Shown here: positions 1-11,383 of the stretch, piece after piece
How positions within the stretch are numbered: position 1 is the stretch's first letter
How the letters are laid out: each line of letters starts with the position of its first letter
Assembly (NCBI GenBank): GCA_964016885.1
Contig: OZ024762.1
Location: 5,952,001 to 6,016,000, forward strand
Source of the DNA: Eledone cirrhosa
Lineage: Eukaryota
Direction of reading: 5' to 3'
DNA length: 64,000 bases
Translations under genes and position numbers: made by a program
Notes under the pieces: generated by a model
Databases searched by the model: none
What the model was told of the DNA's origin: nothing
Seen by the model: the letters and a program-made list of their open reading frames with translations, nothing else

Positions 1-312
1 TGAGAGAGAAACTGTGTATAAGAGGGATAAGTTGTAATGTGCGGGAGAGAATGCTGCGTTGGTATGGACATGTGATGTGCATGGAGGATGACCGCTGGGT
101 AAAGAAGTGCCAAGAAGTCCCAATGGAAGGAAGACACAGTAGAGAAAGACCACGAAAAACATGGGCAGAGGTGGTTATTACAGACCTCAGATCGCTGAAG
201 CTCACGGAGGAGATGACGAAGGACTGTGACAAATGGAGAGATGCCGTACTTAATAAGACCCGTCCCACCTTCACAAGCAGAGAAAAGCGGACATAAAATG
301 ATGATGATGATG
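1..312 (+). mobile_element. RTE-clade LINE 3' fragment
   Basis: ORF 39-296 (RLRWYGHV...GRHSRERPRKTW...W) matches the typical RTE ORF2 C-terminus; ends in an (ATG)n tail. Confidence 0.8.
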
Positions 313-685
313 AATGTACACATTGTGTATTTAATAATATACTGTATGTTTATTTTAAAACATTTTCAAGGCCTTTGTTATTGCTGAAGCTAGATGTGTG
401 ACATTAGTCACTACCTTAAAATTCATTGTGAAAGGCCTTCAAAATGTTTTTAAATAATATATATGCATTAGAGAGGTTACCCAGTACTCCTCGCTGCTGT
501 CTTTTGCTCTGGTGGTGGCTCGGTTGTCCACCCCTTCCTTTACATTTTCTTTAATATTGCAACATTAAAAGAATATATCCTTCTGAAAGAATTGCGAGCA
601 ATAATGTTATATAAGCATTTGTAATGTTATGTTTATACTTAAAACATATTTGTTGTTATTCTACTGTTAATTTATTTATATGCTT

Positions 686-687
686 TG

Positions 688-726
<39 letters not shown>

Positions 727-1000
727 TGTTCCATATCTCTTTCTATTATCTCTGTCAGAACACCTCGCTACTCCTACATACACATACATATATACATATA
801 TACATATATACATACATATATACATACATACATATACGCACACATACATATCTACCTACATACATGTACATATATACATACATATATACATACGCACATA
901 CATACATATATACGTACATACACACATACATACGCACATACACACACACATACACATATACATACAAACATACATACATACACACATACACACATACATC
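686..1000. repeat. (TA)n/(CATA)n compound microsatellite
   Basis: Visible low-complexity tract; source of the spurious YI/HT ORFs. Confidence 0.95.
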
Positions 1001-1315
1001 ACACTTATGAATTACTGAAACGTGTTAGCATGTCTATGTATAGTGAAAAACAGAGTGAATGGAGATGGGGTGGGGTAAGAAGGGGGTGGTTGACGAGGAG
1101 GGGGAAGAAGAAGAAGAAGAAGAAGAAGAAGAAGAAGGGGATGGCCAGCCGAGGTCTGTGATATCAATCTGTGTGTCATACAATTGAACAAACGAGAAAG
1201 TTAGTTCGTGGCAAGTCCACGCGTCCAGGTTTTGGACAGATCGATAAGAAAGACAGCGTGAAAGTAGATCAAATTGTTTGAATAGGTTTGTCAGCTGATG
1301 TAGACAGCTGGTGCT

Positions 1316-1323
1316 TGACGTCA
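1316..1323. promoter_or_regulatory. Palindromic CRE motif TGACGTCA upstream of the F-box gene, next to two CAGCTG E-boxes
   Basis: Exact motif ~255 bp upstream of ATG 1579; function not demonstrated. Confidence 0.3.
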
Positions 1324-1578
1324 GAGCTTCAATGAATTGAGCTTCCAACTTTCCATTCAGTCAGATCTTGTGTAGGCGTTTGTCCAGTTTTATGAATGAA
1401 ATTTTTTTCCTTACTACGCCAGACACATATAGTAATGGCTTGATGCTGCTGAAAAGAAAGAAGAAGAAAATCTGGATTGGACTAGATAGGACTGGACTGG
1501 TCAAAAGAAAAAGAAGAAAAAAAAGAAGAGAAAAGAAAGGGAAAGGGAGAGAAAAAGAATATATCACCAACTTCAGCA

Positions 1579-2099
1579 ATGAGTGAAGTTATAAACATCG
1601 CTGAAGATGATAAAAGTTGTGGAGAAAGTAATTCTCAGTTAGAGAGCCAGATGAGAAGTTGTGAAAGGTGTTATATCAATGAGTTACCTGGTGAGCTGAT
1701 AGCAAGGATTTTCCAGTATTTCCATCCCGTAGAAGACCAGTTGTCACTTCTGGCGTTTGTTTGTTGTAAGTGGAGAGACGTATTGGAACACACCGCCACA
1801 CTTTGGCGCAACTTACACATCAACCCAACACGTTATAGTTACCGGCATTTCAGCCTTGTGTGTTCTATATTCCGTGTCTATGGACATCATATACAAAAGC
1901 TGACATGGAGGGAACAGTCACCGGTTTACGAGAGTGTATTCTCTCTCATTCCTCGCTTGACAAATCTGCGCTATCTTCGCTTACCAATTTTGTGGACCAA
2001 GGCTGTTGTGGAGAGCCTGGCACCACTCAGCAATATGGAACAGGTGCAAATCAACGGCGGTTTCTCTCTCACAGATGAGGACCTATTACAGATAGCTCG
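1579..2099 (+). CDS. F-box/LRR protein, coding exon 1 (F-box domain)
   Basis: INELPGELIARIFQYF...VCCKWRDV...LW F-box motif; donor CG|gtaagt at 2099/2100, phase 2. Confidence 0.9.
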
Positions 2100-2219
2100 G
2101 TAAGTAACAAACTTTTCTTTACAATTTATAGTTTTCCAGGGGTCGCCTCAAATATTGAAGCAAAATTATTTTAAAGACTAATACTGCAAAATATATATAT
2201 ATACATATACATGGTGTGC

Positions 2220-2260
<41 letters not shown>

Positions 2261-2264
<4 letters not shown>

Positions 2265-2571
2265 GGAGGTGAGTTTTATTGTAGCACAATAAAGCAATGC
2301 AAATATCGGATAAGTAGCACTCTACAGTTTGTAGGACTGGAGTATAAATAATATAAGATCAAAAGATGGTTAAAAGAGTTCCAAGTACTTTATTATGCGC
2401 ATTTCAAAAACAAATATCATCATGGGATGATATCTGGGTTTTCATCAGATAAAATAGGGATACATGATATGAACTTAAAAAACACTTGTGAATAGTGAAG
2501 TTTTAAATCAACATATGAAAAATAATTTAAGATTGATGTGTGAGATTGGGAAAAAGTGAGGGGGGGGGGGG
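2261..2571 (-). mobile_element. Penelope-like pseudo-LTR-type repeat carrying a hammerhead motif (left arm of inverted repeat)
   Basis: Reverse complement of 2645-2873; homologous to 18480-18770. Confidence 0.6.
2386..2456 (-). ncRNA. Minimal type I hammerhead ribozyme motif
   Basis: Minus strand reads tattttat-CTGATGA-[stem II hairpin]-GAAA-tgcgca-TA-ataaagta. Confidence 0.75.
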
Positions 2572-2644
2572 TATCTAACTTCCTTCTCATACTCCTCCCC
2601 CACCATTCTTTACTCTCATCTCCTCCTCTTCCTTACCTTTTCCA

Positions 2645-2873
2645 CCCCCCCCCCCTCACTTTTTCCCAATCTCATACATCAATCTTAAATTATTTTTCAT
2701 ATGTTGATTTAAAACTTCACTATTCACAAGTGTTTTTTAAGCTTCATATCATGTATCCCTATTTTATCTGATGAAAACGCAGATATCATCCCATGATGAT
2801 ATTTGTTTTTGAAATGCGCATAATAAAATACTTGGAACTCTTTTAACCATCTTTTGATCTTATATTATTTATA
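2645..2873 (+). mobile_element. Penelope-like pseudo-LTR-type repeat (right arm of inverted repeat)
   Basis: Near-perfect inverted copy of 2343-2571. Confidence 0.6.
2760..2830 (+). ncRNA. Minimal type I hammerhead ribozyme motif
   Basis: Stem I tattttat/ataaaata (8 bp); CTGATGA 2768-2774; stem II gcagatatcatc/gatgatatttgt; GAAA 2811-2814; palindromic stem III tgcgca; UH = TA 2821-2822. Confidence 0.8.
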
Positions 2874-3209
2874 TATATGTATATATATATATTATATGTG
2901 GTGAGTAGAGAGATGCTGTACTGAGAAGGACCCATCCAACCCATGTGAGCAGGGAAAAACAGACAAAAACAAATGATGAAAGAGAGAAGGAGAGAAAGAG
3001 AGAGAGGTGGGGGTGTATTAATACACATACACACAAAAATACATGTGTACATATATACATAAATACACCCATATATATATAAACAAGATCCACATCAACA
3101 ACTGCATGTAACTGTCTTCATTAGAAGTGTGGGAAGCAGTCAAAATGTACAATACAGTTATATCTGTTATATACAGTCTAGATAACAGAGACTGCGTCAA
3201 TGTATATAT

Positions 3210-3367
3210 AAATATACACATTTTTAATGTATAGTCGTGTAAATATACACATTTTTAATGTATAGTCGTGTAAATATACACATTTTTAATGTATAGTTGT
3301 GTAAATATACACATTTTTAATGTATAGTCGTGTAAATATACACATTTTTAATGTATAGTCGTGTAAA
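3210..3367. repeat. 31-bp tandem repeat, ~5 copies
   Basis: Unit aaatatacacatttttaatgtatagtcgtgt. Confidence 0.9.
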
Positions 3368-3502
3368 CTTGCCAAAGGACTCGATAAGGTAGGGCCTTAG
3401 AGTAATAAGATACGTTTAAATAGCTTGACAAATCGAACATTGTGGTAGGCGAATCTAACACACCATATATACCAAAGTAACGATAGAACTAATGAGTTTG
3501 AA

Positions 3503-3533
<31 letters not shown>

Positions 3534-3816
3534 TATACAAATAACAACAAAGAGCGCTTAGAACATAGGTATATCTTTAATTGCTGTCCTCTGACATTGA
3601 GCTAACCATATACTGCCTATTTGATAAGTGGAGTGTTACACACTCCCAATTCTCTCCCTTATATATATATATATATATATATGCGTGTGTGTGTGAATAA
3701 AATGTGTATAAAATGAATAAAAAATAACCAGGGTTAAATAGACTTTTGCCTATCTTAGTATGGACTAAATAGTGCATGTGGAATGGGTGCATTAGTCTCT
3801 CTTACACAATATATAT

Positions 3817-3920
<104 letters not shown>

Positions 3921-4039
3921 GTAACATACATCTGTCATAATGTTACTGATGTATGTATGTACAACACACAGATATACATACACTCAGACATAGATACAGA
4001 TCCTGTATCTAAGATGTTTGTCTATCTGTATATGTATAT

Positions 4040-4475
4040 GTCACATGTGGTAACAATATCACATGTAGTAACACAGCACCTGTCACATGTAGTGACACAG
4101 CCTCTGTCACATGTAGTGACACAGTCTCTGTCGCATGTAGTGACAGTCTCTGTCACATGTAGTGACACAGTCTCTTTCACATGTAGTGACACGTTCTCTG
4201 TCACATGTAGTGACACAGCCTCTGTCACATGTAGTGACACACTCTCTGTCACATGTAGTGACACAGTCTCTTTCACATGTAGTGACGCGTTCTCTGTCAC
4301 ATGTAGTGACACAGCCTTTGTCACATGTAGTGACACAGTCTCTTTCACATGTAGTGACACGTTCTCTGTCACATGTAGTGACACTGTCTCTGTCACATGT
4401 AGTGACACAGTCTCTGTCACATGTAGTGACACAGCCTCTGTCACATGTAGTCTCACGATCACTGTCACATGTAGA
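4040..4475. repeat. 24-bp minisatellite with internal hairpin, ~18 copies
   Basis: Unit tgtcacatgtagtgacacagtctc (tgtcac/gtgaca inverted). Confidence 0.9.
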
Positions 4476-5092
4476 TCATAAACAGTGTATTTCATTTTAA
4501 ATCTGCTTCTGAAAGTTTTAACCAATTTACCCAGAATTTGGTAGGATTTAACAAAATAGCCAACTGTTTCACTGTTAATCTGGGGTATTGAACCTACACT
4601 CAGGCTCGTTTGTCTCAGTTTTTAAGCAGTTGTCTCCCCTTTGTTCTCCTTCGCAGGTACACACTGCTGAATGCTAAGCTCAGACGTTTCATAAACAACG
4701 CGTCTATATATGCATATCTTATATATCATCGTCATCATCATTTAACATCCATTTTCACTGTTAGCATGGGTTAGACGAGCTATCCTGTTGTGAGACAAGT
4801 CAGGTCGGAGGAGCATGTTTTGCTCACACACAACTGATTCTGGCTTGGCTTCTACAGCTGGATGCCCTTCCTAATGCCTATCACATTTTCATTCATCAGA
4901 ATGAAAATTCTAATGAACGATTTCTGATGAACGATTTCACATGTCTCTGTTGAGTTTGCCTGTCTTCGTGAAACCTTTGGTAAATGGAATAATTGTATTG
5001 TGTTGTTTATTACATAATTAAATAGCTCTGTACTATATATAGAGCACTTTCCCTTCCTTTACTCTTTCTAGCGAAATATTTCATATATATAT

Positions 5093-5149
<57 letters not shown>

Positions 5150-5349
5150 GTAATAATAATAAATTTGAAGAGTAAAATCCAAAGAGGGCTCGGTAAGGAT
5201 AAATATATATCAAATATATAAAAACCATAGAGCAAATATTTATTAAAATAACAGATTAAAGTTTAAGCAAAGAATCGCTGCTTTCACCCTTAACAGGATC
5301 TTTAATCTGTTATTTTAATAAATATATATATATATATATATATGATTAT

Positions 5350-5696
5350 ATCATCATCATTCATCATTTCATTTTACGTCCGCTTCTCCCTGCTTGCAAG
5401 GGTGGGACGGGAACTGATTCTGGCTTGATTTCTACAGCTGGATGCCCTTCCTAACACCAACCTCATATACAGTGTGGGCTGGGTGCTTTTTTGCTGTGGC
5501 ACCTCCAAGACCACTTTGCAGTGGAATGATAGGGACCCCAGTCCCTATCATCTCATTTCTACAGCTGAGTAAACTGGAGCAATGTGAAATAAAGTGTCTT
5601 GCTCAAGGAAACAACACATCACCCGATCTGAGAATTGAACTCACAACCTTTCGATTGCAAGGCCAATGCTCTAACAAACTAAGCCATGTGCCTCCT
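5350..5696 (-). mobile_element. tRNA-derived SINE with CORE-like domain (young family)
   Basis: Minus strand has A-box and B-box (gagttcaattc) plus CORE-like tccttgagcaagacactt; near-identical copies at 11040, 17775, 29525 and 36370. Confidence 0.8.
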
Positions 5697-5796
5697 ATAT
5701 ATATATGATTATATCATGTTAAATATTATTATGTACCCAAGTCTAAATATTCCGCTTTTAATTATTCTTTCTTTTCTTTTCTTTTCTTTTTAACAG

Positions 5797-6115
5797 TTAT
5801 TTTCCATATTTGAAAGAGATTTCACTGAATGCCTGTTGGCAGATCACATCAGATGGTGTGTTGAGGTTACTGGAGATGTTACCAGCGCTTGAGGCAGTGA
5901 AATTTAAGATTAATTCTGGTCTCTCTTTCAATGATGTACGGAGTGAGAGAGCAATGAGCGAAGGAGCAAGAATTATTCAAAATGTGGCCAATTCAGAATT
6001 TGCCAGTCTTGTTACAGTTTTGTGTCTCCATTTTGTACCAATTGAAATGGAAGAATTGTGGGATTTAGTGAGGAAATTTCTGAATTTGAAGAAACTTTGT
6101 ATCAGCAATTGTGAG
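5797..6115 (+). CDS. F-box/LRR protein, coding exon 2 (LRRs)
   Basis: Polypyrimidine-taacag acceptor; frame continues R-YFPYLKEISLNACWQIT; donor GAG|gtaag. Confidence 0.9.
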
Positions 6116-6271
6116 GTAAGATAAATAAATATATATATAAATGTAATTTGCGTTTTCAAATATGAATAATAATATTCGATTCATTTGCAATTATGTAAAC
6201 AGCCTCTTTAAGCCATGTCAGTAGAATGTCTCCGTCATTCTTGCTCTTGTGTTGCCATGTAAACAGAACTG

Positions 6272-6324
<53 letters not shown>

Positions 6325-6329
<5 letters not shown>

Positions 6330-6712
6330 CGTTTCTGAATTTGTTTAGCAAGATTCTTTATCTGAAAACGTGTGTTGAAAACGATATTGCTATACTTTGG
6401 GAGGGTCATGTTGCCAATAAGAAACACACGCACCAGTTGCTTTCACTCCAATTTATTATAAATAAAAAATTTTTTTTAAAATTTATAATAAATTGGAGTG
6501 AAAGCATGGTGCATGTGTTTCTTATTGGCAACATGACCCTACCAAAGTATAACAATATATATATATATATATATATATACTTCGTTTTTGAAGTACTTCG
6601 TTTTGCAAGATTTTTTATCTAAAAACATGTGTTGAAGCATATTGTTATACATTGGGAGGGTCATGCTGTCAATAAAAACACACGCACCTATTGTTTACTT
6701 CAATTTATTATA
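6325..6712. repeat. Foldback/MITE-like inverted repeat plus a third direct copy
   Basis: 6385-6463 is inverted relative to 6481-6558; 6580-6712 repeats the first arm. Confidence 0.75.
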
Positions 6713-7096
6713 AAATTTTCCGGCTGGTTGGTTCAATAACCGGATGGTTATTTATATAATGTCAAAGCTGTTTCATCACACAATCTGTGACCTCCTTAGT
6801 GACTGGGTTTTTATTCTGTGTCTCTCCTTTGTTCTACACCATCTTGTTTTTGGTCATCCACGTTGGGGTCGTTCACAGCATGTACTGGCTTCATTACCAC
6901 ATGACAAGGTGGACAGAGTGCTCTTTCATGGAACCAGGACTATACATATATATATTTGTTCTTCTTTATTTTTAAACATTAGGCTAAGGCCATGTTAGGG
7001 CACCATATTGATTTAGTGGCTTATATCGAACTGAGAGCTAATTTTTTCAAGCAGGGTACTACTTTATCAATCTCTTTTTGTCAAACAAGACAAATG

Positions 7097-7240
7097 TAAT
7101 GATAGACAGGTACGCCTGTGTATTGATAGACAGGTACGCCTGTGTATTGATAGACAGGTACGTCTGTGTATTGATAGACAGGTACGCCTGTGTATTGATA
7201 GACAGGTACGCCTGTGTATTGATAGACAGGTACGCCTGTA
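7097..7240. repeat. 24-bp tandem repeat, ~6 copies
   Basis: Unit ttgatagacaggtacgcctgtgta. Confidence 0.9.
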
Positions 7241-7606
7241 TTTACATGGATACATATAAAAAAAAAGCTATAGGTGACAAACGCTTGTTGTTGGATGTTG
7301 TTGTATCTTGATGTGATGGTGATGATGGGGGAGAGTGAAAGAGGAAGGGTGTGGGAGAGTGTGTTTGAGAGAGAGAGAGAGGGACTGAGAGAGATGGGTT
7401 GGTGCGAACTGTGTAGGGGGTTGGGGGAGGGAGAGTGTGTGCATGTGTAAGATGTGGGTGGGTTAAGCTGTGCAGTGGTGGTGGGGGTGAGAGCAATCGA
7501 GATGAGATAATGAGTGTGTGGGCGGTGTGTCGAGGTCTACCCCCCACTCACCTCCGTCATAACTTCTTTGACGTCATCACATTGATTGTCAACAGATGGC
7601 ACTATT

Positions 7607-8620
7607 GCTGTTGTTGTTTAGCCCTAGGTCAGACATGACAGAGCAGGACTATATGATCACAGCTTGGCTGTTGTTGTTTAGCCCTAGGTCAGACATGACG
7701 GAGCAGGACTATATGATCACAGCTTGGCTGTTGTTGTTTAGCCCTAGGTCAGACATGACAGAGCAGGACTATATGATCACAGCCTGGCTGTTGTTGTTTA
7801 GCCCTAGGTCAGACATGACAGAGCAGGACTATATGATCACAGCCTGGCTGTTGTTGTTTAGCCCTAGGTCAGACATGACAGAGCAGGACTATATGATCAC
7901 AGCTTGGCTGTTGTTGTTTAGCCCTAGGTCAGACATGACAGAGCAGGACTATATGATCACAGCTTGGCTGTTGTTGTTTAGCCCTAGGTCAGACATGACA
8001 GAGCAGGACTATATGATCACAGCTTGGCTGTTGTTGTTTAGCCCTAGGTCAGACATGACAGAGCAGGACTATATGATCACAGCCTGGCTGTTGTTGTTTA
8101 GCCCTAGGTCAGACATGACAGAGCAGGACTATATGATCACAGCCTGGCTGTTGTTGTTTAGCCCTAGGTCAGACATGACAGAGCAGGACTATATGATCAC
8201 AGCTTGGCTGTTGTTGTATAGCCCTAGGTCAGACATGACAGAGCAGGACTATATGATCACAGCTTGGCTGTTGTTGTTTAGCCCTAGGTCAGACTTGACA
8301 GAGCAGGACTATATGATCACAGCTTGGCTGTTGTTGTTTAGCCCTAGGTCAGACATGACGGAGCAGGACTATATGATCACAGCTTGGCTGTTGTTGTATA
8401 GCCCTAGGTCAGACATGACAGAGCACGACTATATGATCACAGCTTGGCTGTTGTTGTTTAGCCCTAGGTCAGACATGACAGAGCAGGACTATATGATCAC
8501 AGCTTGGCTGTTGTTGTTTAGCCCTAGGTCAGACATGACAGAGCAGGACTATATGATCACAGCTTGGCTGTTGTTGTTTAGCCCTAGGTCAGACATGATA
8601 GTTGAAGACCATATGATCAA
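7607..8620. repeat. 60-bp minisatellite, ~16.5 highly similar copies
   Basis: Unit ctgttgttgtttagccctaggtcagacatgacagagcaggactatatgatcacagcttgg. Confidence 0.97.
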
Positions 8621-8824
8621 AGGTTTTCCAGCATTGTTGCCTTGTCAAGGAACCAACACCCTAACCACTGGGTCAGAGGCCTCTCCCTTAGTCATGTGCT
8701 CAACTTATATCCTTCAAATGGAGTACGAGTTGAAGGAGTTTTTAATGACTACATGGAAGCGGTGTTGTTTGTTGTTGTTGTTGGTGTTGGTGATAGTGGT
8801 GGAGATGGTGATGGAGAAGTTTGG

Positions 8825-9340
8825 ATGTCATGAGAGCGGTAGAGCATCCAGTGCACATATTTGCCAATGTGGTTGTGTCTTTCTATATAGTCAGTTTTTG
8901 CCAGCTCTGAACACACACAGATAACATGATCTGCTGTTTCTTCATGTTTGTAGCATATTCTACATAGAGGGTTAGTCCCATCTTTTACTATTCCGTGTCT
9001 ATAGTCCCGAGTGTTTAGAGATTGGTCTTGTGCAGCAACTAAGAGTCCCTCAGTCTCTGCTTTCAAACCAACACTTCTGAGCCAAGATATTGAGTCATAC
9101 TGATCAATATCATTGTCAGAAAGTAGTTCTGGGAATCTACCATGTAGTGGTTTTGCCTTCCATTCACGGTTTAGTTCATCTGTTTGGAGTTTCTTTGTTT
9201 TGATCTTCAGTCATAGCTAGCTGTGCAGCTCTCTGTTGTTGATTTTCTATGGGTTCGTCTTGTTCCATGTTCAGTTTTTGGCTAAATTTGCTCGCCTCTT
9301 GTTATTGAGTGTAGTTTTTTAATCCATTCATGCTTGAGTA
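8825..9340 (-). mobile_element. Decayed RLE-type (R4/Dong/NeSL-like) non-LTR retrotransposon fragment
   Basis: ETEGLLVAAQDQSLNTR...CRIC...EETADHVICVC...RHN, the CCHC knuckle that precedes the RLE domain. Confidence 0.75.
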
Positions 9341-9569
9341 GAGGCTTATTCAGGGTGACTGTGGATTTTGTGGGCTTTCTACATGAGTAACCCTTGGTGG
9401 TCTCCTCTCTACTGGGGATTTTTCCTTTGTTTCCATTTTTTTGTTACATCTTTTGTTCTTCTTTCCTTTTTGTTACATGCAGAAACCCATATTTTTACCA
9501 TCCTCTACTGTCCTGCCCTTAATGTATTTTTTGTAAACCCTTTGTGGTTAATAAATAAATCACCACCAC

Positions 9570-9603
<34 letters not shown>

Positions 9604-9614
9604 TTTATTTTCAG

Positions 9615-10688
9615 CAACTTCATGGTATCCGTCTGTTCAGCTCTTCTCTTCAGAAACTCTACCTTTACAATCTTTGGAACGTTGTGTTTGTCAGTGTCAG
9701 GGCCGATTCTTTACGTGTGACCGAGATTGACCATGGCCTGGAATCTATTGAACATCTGGAGCTGTTTTCATCAAAACTTCGTCGAGTTGCCGTCAATGGC
9801 AGTGATGTGTTACACACTTTGAATATTCGCAGCCAACGTCTCGCCATATTGGAACTGTGTTACTGCGAAGAAATAGAAATGAGTAGCTTGAAGGAAACAC
9901 TTCAAAACAATCCGACGATAGTCTGCTTGAAACTTGGTTGTATTTCTCAGGACAGTCTGACTTTGGATGAGTTTACAATCCCTAGTGTACAAGAATTGTG
10001 TCTCCTTGCTGATTTTGCTTGTGAAACTCTGCATATCCGAAGCCCCACGTTGCGTTTATTGCATACAGAATCAGAGAGTGATATTATTACTGTGAGTCAT
10101 GTGTACATCATAGCTAACCATCTGTGTAAAGTGGCTTTGATAGGTCTGCCTTCATTAAAAACTATGACAATACAATGCGTAAGTGTAGACTATATAGAAC
10201 TGAATCTTTGCAGCGATGACCAACTGGTGTTAGATTCTTGCGTTATCCAGGCCCTCACTGCTGTCGGGTTCTTACGCTTTTTTGACTGTAAACTGAACCT
10301 GCTTTCAATCTGCACTCCCTTAGCAAAAACGATTGTCCTCTATCGTTGCCAAATGACTGACTACGTTCTACAAATGGGTTTGACAGGTTGTTCCAGCATT
10401 GCACACTTGAATTTAGAGAAATGTCGCAATCTGGAGAAAGTTGCTATCCAGCAGTGTCTGCTGCGTTATTTAAACATGTTTGGATGTAACCAGTTACAGC
10501 AACTTTATCTTGATTGTCCACAACTGCTGGCACTGAATCTAGGGGAATGTGCAGAAAGCATACGGTTATTCCTGAAAGGTATAGAACAAGATTTAAGTGA
10601 ACTTTGTTGCCAAAAATATGTTGTTTTCCCACATGAGTCTATCAGATGGACGCATGGTTTCCCTCCACAGATTTATGCCTTCAACTAA
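9615..10688 (+). CDS. F-box/LRR protein, coding exon 3 (Cys-rich LRRs, stop)
   Basis: ttttcag acceptor at 9614; in frame with ORF 9684-10688; LxxLxLxxC repeats; joined CDS 1914 nt = 637 aa. Confidence 0.9.
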   Translation, partial: QLHGIRLFSSSLQKLYLYNLWNVVFVSVRADSLRVTEIDHGLESIEHLELFSSKLRRVAVNGSDVLHTLNIRSQRLAILELCYCEEIEMSSLKETLQNNPTIVCLKLGCISQDSLTLDEFTIPSVQELCLLADFACETLHIRSPTLRLLHTESESDIITVSHVYIIANHLCKVALIGLPSLKTMTIQCVSVDYIELNLCSDDQLVLDSCVIQALTAVGFLRFFDCKLNLLSICTPLAKTIVLYRCQMTDYVLQMGLTGCSSIAHLNLEKCRNLEKVAIQQCLLRYLNMFGCNQLQQLYLDCPQLLALNLGECAESIRLFLKGIEQDLSELCCQKYVVFPHESIRWTHGFPPQIYAFN

Positions 10689-10904
10689 TTTCTCTCTAGA
10701 ACAAAAAAAAAAAAACAAAAAAAAAAAAAAAAAGGGAATAAGTATCTCTTTGAGAAAATTCAACATGTTTTCTTTCCAAGATATTAAATATGAAATCTGT
10801 TGTGTAATTGGTATCAGGTTGGATAGCTAAAGAGACAAAAGTATCACTAATTATTGGGCTGTGACCTCACACACACACACCAATATTACATTATATATAT
10901 ATAT

Positions 10905-11025
10905 GATCTGAGTTCAAATCCTGCCGAGGTTAACTTTGCCTTTCATCCTTACGGGGTTGATAAAATAAAGTACCAGTAATGCACTGGGATAATTGCTGGC
11001 CTTGTGCCAAAAGTAGAAACAATTA
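10905..11025 (+). mobile_element. SINE fragment, second family (gcctttcatccttacggggt central domain)
   Basis: B-box gagttcaaatcc; related copies at 12832, 23900, 38110, 59060, 59235 and 60320. Confidence 0.7.
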
Positions 11026-11039
11026 TATATATATATCAT

Positions 11040-11383
11040 CATCATCATCATCATTATCATTTTACGTCCGCTTTTCTCTGCTTGCAAGGGTGGGACGGGA
11101 ACTGATTCTGGCTTGAATTCCACAGCTGGATGCCCTTCCTAACACCAACCTCATTTACAGTGAGTGCTGGGTGCTTTTTTGCCGTGGCACCTCCACGACC
11201 ACTTTGCAGTGGAATGATAGGGACCCCAGTCCCTATCATCTCATTTCTACAGCTGAGTAAACTGGAGCAATGTGAAATAAAGTGTCTTGCTCAAGGAAAC
11301 AACACATCACCCAGTCTGAGAATTGAACTCACAACCTTTTGATTGCAAGGCCAATGCTCTAACCACTAAGCCATGTGCCTCCC
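11040..11383 (-). mobile_element. tRNA-derived SINE (young family)
   Basis: Near-identical to 5350-5696. Confidence 0.8.

Noticed and set aside
1368-1586. Upstream ORF overlapping the F-box start
   Set aside because: Starts at TTG in the track and is a low-complexity purine run; no evidence of translation
4890-4940. Other CTGATGA hits (also 13991 -, 24200 -) as hammerheads
   Set aside because: No correctly placed GAAA, stem III or stem I
5442-5708. Repeated ORF MPFLTPTS... (also at 11130, 17856, 29573) as a gene family
   Set aside because: Antisense reading of SINE copies
7596-8924. 442-aa repetitive ORF as a real protein
   Set aside because: Stop-free reading of a 60-bp satellite inside intron 2; exons 2 and 3 join in frame without it
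11300-11383. tRNA genes
   Set aside because: A/B boxes belong to SINE heads; no complete cloverleaf seen
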